This document shows, one piece after another, positions 7,971-18,900 of a DNA stretch of 46,509 bases. The notes beneath the pieces are model-generated. The model was given only the letters and a program-made list of their open reading frames with translations. It was not told the DNA's origin and did not search any database. A program made the position numbers and the translations under genes. How positions within the stretch are numbered: the stretch's first letter is position 1; each line of letters opens with the position of its first letter. Where the stretch lies: the NCBI GenBank assembly GCA_028706165.1, contig JAQWBY010000001.1, positions 1 to 46,509 on the forward strand, given 5' to 3'. This stretch comes from Lentisphaeria bacterium. Lineage in GTDB: Bacteria; Verrucomicrobiota; Lentisphaeria; Oligosphaerales; Oligosphaeraceae.

Positions 7971-10382
7971 CTATTTCACCACGCGAGTGCCATAGCTGTC
8001 TTTGCGTTTGGCGACGAAATCAAGCCATTCTGCCTCCGTTGCGTAGGGCAGCCAGCCGCGGCGGGCGACGAAGGGCGAGTCCAGGTGGGCAAATTGCAGT
8101 TCGAAGGGCATACGGTCAGCCGTGAAGTCGACGGCCAGACTGATCACCGTCTGCATATCGATGACATCCTTCATCGTGTTGGCGCGCTCGTGGTTGATCA
8201 GCCGCAGATTGCGCGGCATGAGGAAAATCAGGCGGCCATTTTCCCCCTTCGGGCGGCAAGCGACCCCTTTCAGGGTCAGGGCCTTGGCATCGTAGACCAG
8301 CGATTCAATTTCCGCGTGGCCCTGCTCCACGTGCATGTCCGTGGACAGCAGCCACGGATACTCCCGTGCTTCGGCGATGCGGTAGAGTTTGCAGGCGCCC
8401 GGCGGGACCATGCAGGCGAATGATTCTCGGAAGGTGCCGACGTACTCGCCATTCCAAAACTCGAAGACGCGGTAGGACCGGGACGGCTCACAGCCGACCT
8501 TTGCAAACTCAATGGTACTGTGAAATACATCAGCGCCCGGCGCGGTGTTGAAGACCGCCACGACCACGTAGGTCTCGTACGACGCCTCAATCCGCTTTGC
8601 CGCAATATGCCAGCCGCCCTCGTCCGTACTGTGGTCGAAGAGGTCCACGGGACGCGGTATGCCCGTTGCGCGCGGCAAGCACATCTTCACCATGCGGAGG
8701 CGTTCCGGGGTAATGACGCGAAAGTCGTCGTTGCAGGCCACGGGGCTATCGCCGCTCAGACCGAACATCGTGACGGCGATCTGCGCCATGTCCAACGGCA
8801 CCGGCTGGTCGATGGTCATCGCATTCAAGTCATTGATGTAGACCTTCTTGTTGGTGAACCACGCTGCCAGGGCATTCTGAACAAATGAATGGACGTTGGC
8901 GAAATGCTCGTCATGCCGGCAATACGTGGAATTCTGCCAGTTCGGGAACGGATGCATGGGCCGCCCCTCGCCAAAGTCACGCACCACCCGAGCCGAATTC
9001 ACGCAGCCGATATAGACGGGCGAGGACGCCACAGCCGTCTGCAGGTGCGTCTCATCGCCGGCGGCTTCGCGAATAACCCGAAATATCTCCCGCGATGCCT
9101 GCACGGGCAACAACGACTCGTCATAACGGGCGGAGCCCTTGACGATGTCGAGGAAGTCGAGCATGTACGCGCGGGCGCCGAGCTTGCGGTATTCCGTGAA
9201 GATGTGCCTGATGTACTCCTTGGTTTTCGGGTGCGTGCCGTCGAGATAGTACTTTGTCAGCGGCTGTGCATTGAAGGTCCCGCGGCCAAATTCCCAGCCG
9301 TTGTGGAAGATATGGGCGACCGGTTCGCCATTATCCCACTTCAGCAGGTTTTCCCTGTTTTCGTCCAAAATGCCCTGCGCTTCGCCGAAAAACCAGAAGG
9401 GCGAAAACCAGAATTTGAAGAACCAGCCGTCGGCATGCTGTTCGCGGAGCAGGTCGCGGTAATCCACACCGGACTTTCCTTGCTCAAAGGTCAGCCAGTT
9501 GCCAGGCAGCCCATCTTTCATGATACTGTGCGTGCCAGCGTGAATCACATTCTGCCCGAAGCCGCCGAGCTTGGCCCGAATCGCCTTGGTTACGCAAGGC
9601 ATATCGACAGACCAATCGCCCTTTTTCGAGGTGAAACCGTCACGCCAGGAGCCGTTGCCAAACCAGAACTGCGCCGAGCCGGCGAAAGAGGGCCGATAGC
9701 GCTGATAGAGGCCATCTGCCCACGCCTCAAGCGCCGCATAGGGATCGTCGTAATAGGCGATGCGGACAGTTTCCGAGGCCAGCTCCTTGCCGGGTTCGAG
9801 CCAGAAACCACTGCCATCGCAGGCCGCACGCCATTCGCTCGCGCCTTCGCCGTCGTAGCTAACGCTGAAATTGCTCAGCATGCGGTCGACCGTGACAAAG
9901 GAAATCAGCAGGCAGCGTTTGCTGACGACGTCACTGAAATGCCCTAGCGTCGTCGAATTCAGCTTCCTCTTGCCCGTGAAGCGCGCCATCGCGATATTCC
10001 ACGGCTGCCAACAGAAGAAATTGACCATCGCCGGGTTCGCGCCGAGCTCAAGCACGCTGCCCCAATCACTCTTGCCGTGAAGCACCGACCAGCTGCCGAC
10101 GCGGACCCGTTGCACGCCCTCGTTCCTGATCCTGGCCGTCAGCTCAAGCTGGTCGCCACCGACTTCCGCCAGCTGCCAGCGCCAGCGAATGGTCCCTGCC
10201 AGCATGGCGCCGTTGCCGTCCGCCGCCGCTGCGCCGTCCACAAGAAGATACTCGCTGTCGTTAATGGTGACTGAGCCCGACCAATTCCGGAGCCGGAAAA
10301 GATCGCTGTCTACCGCACTCACCGATAGCCGATTGTCCTGAAAAGCCCACTCGCAGCCAATTTGTTTTGCCATGGTCCCCAT
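7971..10382 (-). CDS. Alpha-galactosidase-like (GH36/GH27, clan GH-D) glycoside hydrolase, no signal peptide
   Basis: FWFSPF, YYLDGTHP, AYMLDF, SARVVRD and a C-terminal VAVFN/FEFW beta-domain. Alternative start at 10373. Confidence 0.65.
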   Translation of the reverse strand: MGTMAKQIGCEWAFQDNRLSVSAVDSDLFRLRNWSGSVTINDSEYLLVDGAAAADGNGAMLAGTIRWRWQLAEVGGDQLELTARIRNEGVQRVRVGSWSVLHGKSDWGSVLELGANPAMVNFFCWQPWNIAMARFTGKRKLNSTTLGHFSDVVSKRCLLISFVTVDRMLSNFSVSYDGEGASEWRAACDGSGFWLEPGKELASETVRIAYYDDPYAALEAWADGLYQRYRPSFAGSAQFWFGNGSWRDGFTSKKGDWSVDMPCVTKAIRAKLGGFGQNVIHAGTHSIMKDGLPGNWLTFEQGKSGVDYRDLLREQHADGWFFKFWFSPFWFFGEAQGILDENRENLLKWDNGEPVAHIFHNGWEFGRGTFNAQPLTKYYLDGTHPKTKEYIRHIFTEYRKLGARAYMLDFLDIVKGSARYDESLLPVQASREIFRVIREAAGDETHLQTAVASSPVYIGCVNSARVVRDFGEGRPMHPFPNWQNSTYCRHDEHFANVHSFVQNALAAWFTNKKVYINDLNAMTIDQPVPLDMAQIAVTMFGLSGDSPVACNDDFRVITPERLRMVKMCLPRATGIPRPVDLFDHSTDEGGWHIAAKRIEASYETYVVVAVFNTAPGADVFHSTIEFAKVGCEPSRSYRVFEFWNGEYVGTFRESFACMVPPGACKLYRIAEAREYPWLLSTDMHVEQGHAEIESLVYDAKALTLKGVACRPKGENGRLIFLMPRNLRLINHERANTMKDVIDMQTVISLAVDFTADRMPFELQFAHLDSPFVARRGWLPYATEAEWLDFVAKRKDSYGTRVVK

Positions 10383-10728
10383 GCTCTTTTCCGCATATGC
10401 TATTGGACAGAAAACGAACTCGAACTTTCTCCAGGAATGAGACTATACCACGACATTCGCAGACGTCCCCGCCTGGGCACGACCTTCGGCCGCGCCGTTG
10501 GCGCTGAAAACAAAAGCCAGCAGGGAAGGCGGGTAGCAAAGAGTGATGCCTTAGCGCAAAGAGTGTTTCTGTACGCTGTGCTATCTTGCTCAATGAGTGG
10601 ATGGCGTTATACTCTTTGGGCTTCCAAAGCTCAACCTTCTGCCGGCTTGTCGGCCGCTGCCCAACCAGGCGAAAGCCAACGCCCAAAGGTTCGCATCGTC
10701 ATATTACCTATCAGGAGACGACCTTACC

Positions 10729-11604
10729 ATGCATCAATTTGGCGGCTTATTTCTCGGCAGCATGCTGTGCCTTTCGGGCGCGGCTCATGCCCAGGTATCA
10801 CTGAGTCCCGGCGCGGAACTGCGCATGATGTCCTTCAATATCTGGGGCGATTACTTCAAGAATCCTGTTGAAGAACGCGATCTTGCCATTGCTGACATCA
10901 TACTCCGTTACCAGCCCGACGTCGTCGCCCTGCAGGAAGTCACTGCGAATTGGTGGACGTCGCGGCTTTTCACCACCCTCGCGCCCGCTTACGCGCCCGT
11001 CGTGGGCCAGGCCAATGGCAAGAACAACTACACGCCGCTGCTCTACAAAAAAGAGCGCTTTGAGCTTGTGGCCGAAGGCTGGGATTTGTACCACGAAAAG
11101 CTCGACCGCAGCAAAGGCCTGACCTGGGCCGTCCTCAAAAAACGAAACAGCGGCAAGCGCTTTGCCGCCTTTTCCACCCACTACTGGTGGCAGGGCACGC
11201 CCGAGAGTAACTACATCCGCACCGTCAATTCCGACATGCTGCTCAAACGCCTGGACGCCCTGCGCAGCCAGTACCGCTGCCCCGTCTTCGGCGGTGGCGA
11301 CTTCAACTGCTGGGCTGACAGTGACCCGCTCGAAAAACTCTGGCAAAATGGCTACGCCGGCGCGCAGGATATCGCCGACACCGTGTCGCCCGAAAGCTCC
11401 CACCACGGCGATCCGCGCCGCGGTGACGACGGCAAATACCACGGCAGCCCCAAACCCGAGAAAAACGAAAAACGCTACTCCATCGACCACCTGATTATCC
11501 CGCCGGGGCAGGTCCACGTCCACCGCCTGCAAGTCGTCCTCGACCAGGATGCTCTCGACGCCTCCGATCACTCCCCGATCTTCATGGACATCATCCTCAA
11601 ATAA
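10729..11604 (+). CDS. Secreted endonuclease/exonuclease/phosphatase (EEP) family protein
   Basis: Signal peptide ending AHA, then MSFNI, DVVALQE, GGDFN, IDH and SDHSP motifs. AGGAG RBS before ATG 10729. Confidence 0.9.
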   Translation: MHQFGGLFLGSMLCLSGAAHAQVSLSPGAELRMMSFNIWGDYFKNPVEERDLAIADIILRYQPDVVALQEVTANWWTSRLFTTLAPAYAPVVGQANGKNNYTPLLYKKERFELVAEGWDLYHEKLDRSKGLTWAVLKKRNSGKRFAAFSTHYWWQGTPESNYIRTVNSDMLLKRLDALRSQYRCPVFGGGDFNCWADSDPLEKLWQNGYAGAQDIADTVSPESSHHGDPRRGDDGKYHGSPKPEKNEKRYSIDHLIIPPGQVHVHRLQVVLDQDALDASDHSPIFMDIILK

Positions 11605-11682
11605 GCACCTGCCGCCCACGTTTCTCCCGATAACTTCCTTGTCCGCCCAAATCGACTCATGACCGTGAAGGAAACGACTCAC

Positions 11683-12696
11683 ATGAAAAACGTCTCTTGG
11701 CTCCTTTTGGGGGCCGGCAATATCGCCAAAATCCGCGCTGGCGCAGCCTTGCGTGACGCCGCTGGTTCCGAGCTGGTCGCGATCTGCGACCGCGACCGCG
11801 ACCGCGCTGAAGCCCTCGCCGCGCAGCTGCAACTGCCAGTGGCTATCTACAGCGATTACGACCAGGCTCTGGCCGAAAGCGGCGCCGAGGCGGTCTATGT
11901 GGCCACCCAGGCGCCCGCACATGTCCCGTGCTCGCTCAAAGCCATGGCTGCCGGCAAGCACTTCCTCTGTGAAAAACCCCTGGGCGTGGACGGCAAAGAC
12001 GCCGCCGTGCTTTACCAGGCGGCCAAGAACTCGCCGCTGGTCTGTTCCTGCTCCGACTACCGGCGCTTGTCCGAGCACATCAAATTGCTCGAAAACCTCG
12101 TTCGCAGCGGCGAACTGGGCGAGCTGACCTTCGGCTGGATGAACTGGATCGCCAGCGCCCAGGCCTGCGGCAACACGCCTTTGTCCCGCGCCGCCGGCGG
12201 CAGCCCGCTGAAGACCCTGGCCTTTTACATCTTCGATATCGTCCACAATCTCTTCGGCATACCCGTCAGCGTGCAGGCGGCCGCCGCGCGCCATTTCAAT
12301 CCGAGCAACGACACTGAAGACGTTTCCGCCGTCATCATGCGCTTCCCCAATGGGGCGCTTTTCTCGCTCAATGTCGTGATCACCCCGTGGGCCAGGAACG
12401 ACCGCATCGAATTTCACGGCACCAACGGTTTGGTCATCATGAACCAATGGCCGCCGTCAGGCAACGGCCCCATCATCATCAACACCCAGGCGGGGGGGCA
12501 GCGCAGCGTCACCCCAGTGACCAATACCAACTGGCACCTGCCCATGGTTGAAGACTTCTGCCAGGCCGTACGCCAAAAGCGCGCGCCCGTCTGCACCATC
12601 CGCAGCGCCTACGTCACCGAACTCATCACTGATGCCGTCTTCCGCGCCATGGACTCCGGCAAAGAAGAAAAAGTACTCACGGAAGGACTGCTCTGA
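11683..12696 (+). CDS. Gfo/Idh/MocA-family oxidoreductase
   Basis: LLGAGNIA, AVYVAT and GKHFLCEKP motifs. Alternative start at 11659. Confidence 0.9.
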   Translation: MKNVSWLLLGAGNIAKIRAGAALRDAAGSELVAICDRDRDRAEALAAQLQLPVAIYSDYDQALAESGAEAVYVATQAPAHVPCSLKAMAAGKHFLCEKPLGVDGKDAAVLYQAAKNSPLVCSCSDYRRLSEHIKLLENLVRSGELGELTFGWMNWIASAQACGNTPLSRAAGGSPLKTLAFYIFDIVHNLFGIPVSVQAAAARHFNPSNDTEDVSAVIMRFPNGALFSLNVVITPWARNDRIEFHGTNGLVIMNQWPPSGNGPIIINTQAGGQRSVTPVTNTNWHLPMVEDFCQAVRQKRAPVCTIRSAYVTELITDAVFRAMDSGKEEKVLTEGLL

Positions 12697-12698
12697 TT

Positions 12699-13697
12699 AT
12701 GGCTAAAACCAAAGTCCTCATGATCGGCGGCACCGGCATCATCAGCACGGACTGCTCCCTGCTGGCACTCCAGCAGCCCGATATCGATCTGTATCTGCTC
12801 AATCGCGGCAAGACCCCGAACTTCCTGCCGCCAGACACCAAGGCCATTCACGCCGACGTCAACCGCGAAGACGACCTGCGCCAGGCACTCGCCGGCCATG
12901 ACTTCGACATTTGCTGCGACTTCTTCTCCTACGATCAGGCCGCCCTCGAAAGCAAACTCCGGGCGCTGCGCGGCCATTGTCGCCATTACATCTTCATATC
13001 CTCCATCATGGCCTACCGCGCATCAGAACACCTGCTCAAGACCGAGGCGAACACCCCCATCGGCAATGCCCGCTGGACCTACGGCTGGGAGAAAAGCTGC
13101 TGCGAAATGCGCCTGCGCCAGGAGTGCGCCGATACCGGCATGGCCTTCACCATCGTCCGCCCCGGCTACACCTACAACCGCGTCCGCTTTTTCAATCCCT
13201 GGAGCATCTCCCACTGGCGCAGCTGGACCCTCGCGGAGCGCTTGCTCAGCGGCAAGCCCTACATCCTGCACGACGACGGCATGCAGCTGTGCACCATCAC
13301 CCACACCAGGGATTTCGCCAAGGCCTTCGTCGGGCTCTTCAACAACCCGGCCGCCGTCAACGAGGATTTCCACATTACGTCCACGACCTACCTGACCTGG
13401 AAGCGCGTCGCCGAAATCCAGGCCGAGCTCCTCGGCGTCAAGCCGGTCTTTCATTGCTTGCCGGCCGAAAAAATCTGTGCGGTCGTCAACTACGGCCCGG
13501 CCCAGAAGGTCGTCCATTGCTGCAGCCACGACATCTATGACAACTCCAAAATCCGCGCCGCCGTGCCGGCTTTTTCGTGCACGACGAGCTTCGAGGAGGG
13601 CATGGCCGAGTCCATCCGCTTCTATCGCGACAACCCCGCCTTCCAGGAGATCGACCCAGCCTGGGCCGGCTGGTTCGACACCCTCGCCAAGATGTAA
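12699..13697 (+). CDS. NAD-dependent epimerase/dehydratase (atypical/extended SDR)
   Basis: IGGTGIIS, LNRG, YIFISS, YGWEK (YxxxK), TIVRP and YDNSKI. Starts 2 bp after the Gfo gene. Confidence 0.88.
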   Translation: MAKTKVLMIGGTGIISTDCSLLALQQPDIDLYLLNRGKTPNFLPPDTKAIHADVNREDDLRQALAGHDFDICCDFFSYDQAALESKLRALRGHCRHYIFISSIMAYRASEHLLKTEANTPIGNARWTYGWEKSCCEMRLRQECADTGMAFTIVRPGYTYNRVRFFNPWSISHWRSWTLAERLLSGKPYILHDDGMQLCTITHTRDFAKAFVGLFNNPAAVNEDFHITSTTYLTWKRVAEIQAELLGVKPVFHCLPAEKICAVVNYGPAQKVVHCCSHDIYDNSKIRAAVPAFSCTTSFEEGMAESIRFYRDNPAFQEIDPAWAGWFDTLAKM

Positions 13698-13753
13698 GCG
13701 CAAGAACCCGGCATGACGCGGCCGGCCATGCTGGCCGGCGCCAGCCGGATTGG

Positions 13754-15787
13754 TCACATGCCAGACGCGAACCGGGTGATGAAATCGCGTTGTGCCCGCT
13801 CCGAGAGGGTAACGAAGCGCACGCTGAAGCCGCCGATCCGCACCATCAGCTGCTGGTATTTATCCGGGTGCGCCATTGCGTCTTGAAGCTCCGCGACACT
13901 GGCCCCGTTCACCTGCAGCTGCAAGCCGCCGCGCCGGAAATAGCTGCGGCAGAGCGCCTCGAATTTCGCGATGTTCTCGGGACTCTCCCAAGTCGCTGGC
14001 GCAATCCACAGGTCCAGCGCCTGCCCGCCCGAGAATAGCCCCTGATTCCATGCGCTCGCCGACAGTAGCAGCGACGTGTGGGGCGCGACGACGGGCGGCC
14101 GCGTTCCCGCATTCTTGGCCAGCGGCTCGCCGTTTTTGCGACCGTCAGCCGTCGCCGCCAGCCGCGACCCGCCCTCAATATGGCCCGCCAGCGTATGCAG
14201 GGACGGCACGCAGAAAAAGCCCGGGCTATTGTGCGCTGCGCAGATCGCGGCAATCCGTTCCGTCAGGGCCTTCACCAGCGCATCGACCTCAGTGTGGTTC
14301 TGACCGTACTTCGGCAGCGCGGTGATTTTCGCCAGCAGGTCCGGCGCGTCAGCGAAATTGCTCTGCAAAGCCGCCAGCAGGTCGCCCAAGGAGCTGTCAT
14401 TCTGCTCAAAGACCAGCTTTTTCACGCTGAAGAGCGAGTCAGCCAGATTGATCATACCGAAGGTTTCGACAATCATCGTCCGGTAGCGCACGCCGCCGTC
14501 CAGGACGTCGCGCTTACGGCTCAGGCAGTCCGCGTATAGCGCCGACACGAAGGGATTCTGCAGTTTCGCCACGCGCACCTGCCGGTTCTGCTCCATGGCC
14601 ACCACGGACTCCCGCACAAAAAATGCCAGGTAGCGGCACACCTGTTCAAATAGTTCGGCAAATGACGCGTAGGCTGTTTGCGGCGGCACGCCGCAGTCGA
14701 GCGGCAGCTTGCCGCTGAGGGGCTCGCCGTTGTTCAGGGCCATTTCGAGCGCGAGCGGCGTCACGATGACTGCCCCCCACATGTCCTGCCATTCGCGCGC
14801 GGAAATCATCAGCCCCATACAGGAATTCACTGCCCAGTCCGACAGCTCTGCCTCCGGTACCCCGCGCGTCCGCAGCGCGTTCAGGCAGGCCTCCTCACCG
14901 TAGAAGGTCGGCTGGCCGCAACGGAGCAATTCCGGCCGGCAGAGCCGCGCGAAATCCTCATGGGAAAGGCGTTCGGAAATCCGTACCGTCAGCAGCGGCG
15001 ATGGCAGCTGCAGCTTCGCTGCCAGGTCAAGAATCCCCCACGACAGCTCGTTGAAGCCCTCTTCGCCGCCCAGATTGAGTGCCGTGGCGTCGTCAATGAA
15101 GCTCATATCGTTGAGCCGGCGGAAAAACGCCGCCAGCAGCGCGTCGGCCTCGACGCGGGCTGTTTTCTGCCAATAGGGCAGCAGGTACTGATCAAAGCGC
15201 CCCAGCGAATAGGACCACGGCACGTGTTCGGAGGCGACCTGGCCGATAAGCATGAACAGGATGCTCTGCAGCGCCTCCTGCAAGTCTGTTGCGGGTTCCC
15301 AGGGCACGCGGCAGTGATACCTGGCGGCGAAGTCTTTCATCGCCACCAGGGCTTCGCGGACGGCCTGGTCAAAATCGTCGTCGCCACCGGCCTGCCGGGC
15401 GTATTCCTTGAGCCCGCGAGCCAGGATGAAGCCATAATCCACCGTGCAGTGTCCCAGCCCGCCTTCGCTGAATTTCCAGCCAAAGCGCGAGGTCAGTTCG
15501 CCGGCCGCCGCCGGATATGGCTTCGCATGCGCCCAGCTATACGGATTGGCCTTCTTCGCTACCGCGATCCGCTCTTCCCAGGACGCCCGCTGCGTCTCAG
15601 CGGTAAATTCCAGGCCGAACTCACCGGCAAACGGGCTCGTGCCGGAATGCCCGATCGGCAGCTCCCGCAGTATGCCGGCAAAAATCTGCGCGCCACGCCG
15701 GATCGGCGACAGCTGCTGGTCAGCACAGGCCAACCGCTGTTCATGGAACAGACAGGAATACAACAGGTCATGCGCACGCTCGAACAT
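13754..15787 (-). CDS. Glycyl radical enzyme (PFL-like family), unknown substrate
   Basis: SLGRFDQYLLPY, PKYG, ATADGRKNGEPL and a C-terminal LQVN..LQDAMAHPDKY..LMVRIGGFSVRF glycyl radical motif. The Cys loop reads NSCMG. Confidence 0.88.
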   Translation of the reverse strand: MFERAHDLLYSCLFHEQRLACADQQLSPIRRGAQIFAGILRELPIGHSGTSPFAGEFGLEFTAETQRASWEERIAVAKKANPYSWAHAKPYPAAAGELTSRFGWKFSEGGLGHCTVDYGFILARGLKEYARQAGGDDDFDQAVREALVAMKDFAARYHCRVPWEPATDLQEALQSILFMLIGQVASEHVPWSYSLGRFDQYLLPYWQKTARVEADALLAAFFRRLNDMSFIDDATALNLGGEEGFNELSWGILDLAAKLQLPSPLLTVRISERLSHEDFARLCRPELLRCGQPTFYGEEACLNALRTRGVPEAELSDWAVNSCMGLMISAREWQDMWGAVIVTPLALEMALNNGEPLSGKLPLDCGVPPQTAYASFAELFEQVCRYLAFFVRESVVAMEQNRQVRVAKLQNPFVSALYADCLSRKRDVLDGGVRYRTMIVETFGMINLADSLFSVKKLVFEQNDSSLGDLLAALQSNFADAPDLLAKITALPKYGQNHTEVDALVKALTERIAAICAAHNSPGFFCVPSLHTLAGHIEGGSRLAATADGRKNGEPLAKNAGTRPPVVAPHTSLLLSASAWNQGLFSGGQALDLWIAPATWESPENIAKFEALCRSYFRRGGLQLQVNGASVAELQDAMAHPDKYQQLMVRIGGFSVRFVTLSERAQRDFITRFASGM

Positions 15788-15984
15788 TCAAGGCTCCTTT
15801 TTCCCGCAGATGCTCCAGTCTTAGCCGCCGGTGACGTAGATTACGCCTTGGCGTAAGAAGTATAATAATCTGCCTTACTCTGCGCCGGCTGCGAACACTA
15901 CCACAAAAAAATCGGCGTTAATCTGCGACATCTGCGGATTAGTAAACTGCGGAACAACTAGCCCGGGGGCCCCGCCGGCTGGCG

Positions 15985-18900
15985 TCATTTCGGGCGTTCG
16001 CCGAAGCAGAACGAGTCCAGATTGAGACTGTTGCCGCAATTGACGAAGCGTATGAGCTGCTGTCCTTGCCGCAGATGGAACAGGAATGGCCGGCCTTTGG
16101 CATCCGCCACCGTAGTCCAGGCCCAGTTGTCCTGCCCCGAACTCCAGCCGCCGGTTTCCGGAAACTCCAGCTTGGTCAGGTCGGCATGCGGACAATATCC
16201 GTTGACCATAATCGCGCGCACGGCCGTCGGGCCTAACGAACAATGGCGGATATGCAACGGATACGCGCCATCGGCGGGGACCGTAACGGCGTATTCCAGC
16301 CAATGTCCGGTCTTGTCCCAGTTCAAAAATGCACGGCCATCAGCAGCCGTCTTGGCGTCGGTCACCGTGACCCGCCCGCCACCCTGGGCCGCAAAATCCT
16401 CTGCTTGGATCAGTATGGACACCCCGGCTGGCGCCGCCGGCAAAGACGGCAGTTCCCGCACCGGCAGCGGCAGCAGCCCGGCTGCGACCCGCTGTTCTGC
16501 CTCGCGCATGGCGAGAACGCTGTCGCCGCCCCAGGTCAGTTCATACTCCTGGCCGGCTGACGCCTTCCACGTCAGCGCGCCGTCCGCGCCGCGCGTAAAT
16601 GCCACCGGCGACACCCGGGCGCCGCGCCGGTCCAGGGCGTGCAGCGACAGCCCGGCTGCCGGCACCTGCGCCAGGCTCAAAGCCACGTCAGTCGTCCGGT
16701 CCGTGCTGACCACCAGCGTCTGCTCTGACGCCGCCAGCACCGCCAGCGTCGTCGGCTCGCCAGCACTTGCGGCGTAGCCCGGGCCGGCAACCCGTCGGCC
16801 ATGAATCAGCAGGAGCCGGAAAGACGCCCCTGTTCCGCCAGCGACTGCGGCCTGCCCATCCGTTTCCAGCAGCGCCGGCCCGCCCTGGCCATCGGCGCCG
16901 GCCTGCACGGCCTTTCCGGGTACATCGTTATGCAGCCACACATAGGCTTCTTCCGCCCCGACCTCGATCCTGGCGGCCTGTGCTTCCGGACTGCACGCCA
17001 TAGCCAGGCAGCGGGTATTGCGGGTCTCGGTGGCTGGGAACGGCTGCACGATCGTCACCACGTCTGAGCGTCCCTGCCACGACTGCTGGAAGATCGCGGT
17101 CGGCACCGCCGACATCGGTATGCCCTTTTGCCGGTTTCGCTTGACGTTGGCCGACCAGCCCTGTACAGGCGGCTCCATCTTGCCCGTCACGATCGCCACC
17201 GCCAGTCCGTCCTGCGGGCGGGCAGCCAGGCGCAAACCGGCCCTGTCCTTATTCGTGGCCAGAATCGCCACCCCGCCGTCACTGTCGACAACGGCCGTCT
17301 CCGCGTCAATGTGATACAGGACTTCCGCCGTATGCGGCTCCTGATCGCTCGCAAATAGCGTGTCATGCACGACCCAGAGCCCGGGCTTGATGAACAGCAC
17401 GGCGCGGCGGTGCTGCACGGTGTCCAAGAACCGGGTCGCACTGGTCGCCGGATTCTGGCTGTCGACATACTCGCGCCAGCGGCCTTTCCACCAGCCTTGG
17501 CAATAATCGACGCCAGGCGACGAATGCCACAGCGTGTCGCTGCCCGCCGGCCGCTTGCCCACCCAGGGCAGGGGCCAGACCCTGGCGTTCGTGGTATCCT
17601 CACCGAACTGGTCCATGCCGTCAACCAGCACCGCGTTGTGTGCCCGCGTCAGCAGCTGGTAGGCCCGCCAGCGCGATTTGTCGTACATGGTCACCCCGCC
17701 ATCCACCAGCAGCTGCTGCCCGTAAGCAGCCAGCGCCAGAGTCAGCTTGTCCTGGTGAATATGTGCCCGGCCCAGCAGCCCGGCGTCCATGTGCAGGACA
17801 TTGGCCTGGGGATGCCAGCCGGAGCGCATGACATAATGCCCGACCCACTCCTGCCCGAACGAATCGGTCGCCGGCGGCTCGCCGGCCTGGCCGTCCGTGG
17901 CCGCGTACAGGAATTCGGGGCGTTTGAACAGGCGATAGCCGTCCATGAGCCGACGCTTGACATTGCCGTTGCCAGCGTCATTCAGCGCAAAGGCCACCGC
18001 TCCCGGCATGACATTGGCCATCAGATAGACATACATCTTCTCCAGGCGTGACGCATAATCCGCTGGCAGTTCGTGTTCCATGCCGTTGAGTACAGCCGCA
18101 TCGTACAAGTCGGTAAACTCCTGCAGCGTCCAGTTGCTGTAGCCCAGGGCCAGCTCGTACTGCAGGCCGTCCGGATATACCTCCTCCTGCAACTGCCGGT
18201 ATAGGCTGTCGATGCCGTACTGCCGCCAGGCTGCGGCCTCCGTGAACTCCGGATACAGCAGGCCGGTGACGTACACGCCCCAGGCCTCCGCCGTCAACCA
18301 GTTGCCGGTCGATGGCCAGCGCAGCAGATGCCGGACTTGCTCCACCTGCGATTTCAAGATGTTGATGATGATGTCATCCGTGAACGCCTTCGCCTCAAGA
18401 CAATGCGCCAGGGCATTGGGCCAGCTCGCATGCAGGCGGATGCCCGTGTTGAGCGTCTCCCAGGCATGATGATAGGGACTGTTCCCGGACCGCAGCAACA
18501 GCACCGGATTGTCTTCGATCCAGCCATTCATCTGCTCGGCCAGCTCGGCCGCGTATTTTTCCTCCCCGGTCTCCCACCAGGCCTTGGTCAAATACTGGAA
18601 GTGAAAATGCCGGTTGAGCTGGGCGTTCCATTCAACCGTACGCGACTCGCCGTCGCTCATGGCGTTGCATGACCAGTCAATCCGCTTGCCAAAGGCATAG
18701 GGATGATCACGAAAACTGCCAATCGTAAAGGTCCGGCTGAGAATCTCGTCGGCACGAACAGTATTCGGCGCCGCGGACATGACTTTGACGACCAGCCGGC
18801 CGCAGGCAGGCGCCGGGACGTGTACCCAGAATGCCACGGTGCCATAGCCGGACCAATCCGCTGGATAACGCCGGCAGACGGCGTCCGGATACAGGTCCGG

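Noticed and set aside
13754-15787. Calling the glycyl radical enzyme pflB or cutC
   Set aside because: It lacks the PFL Cys-Cys pair and the GCVE motif, and there are no adjacent activase or microcompartment genes.
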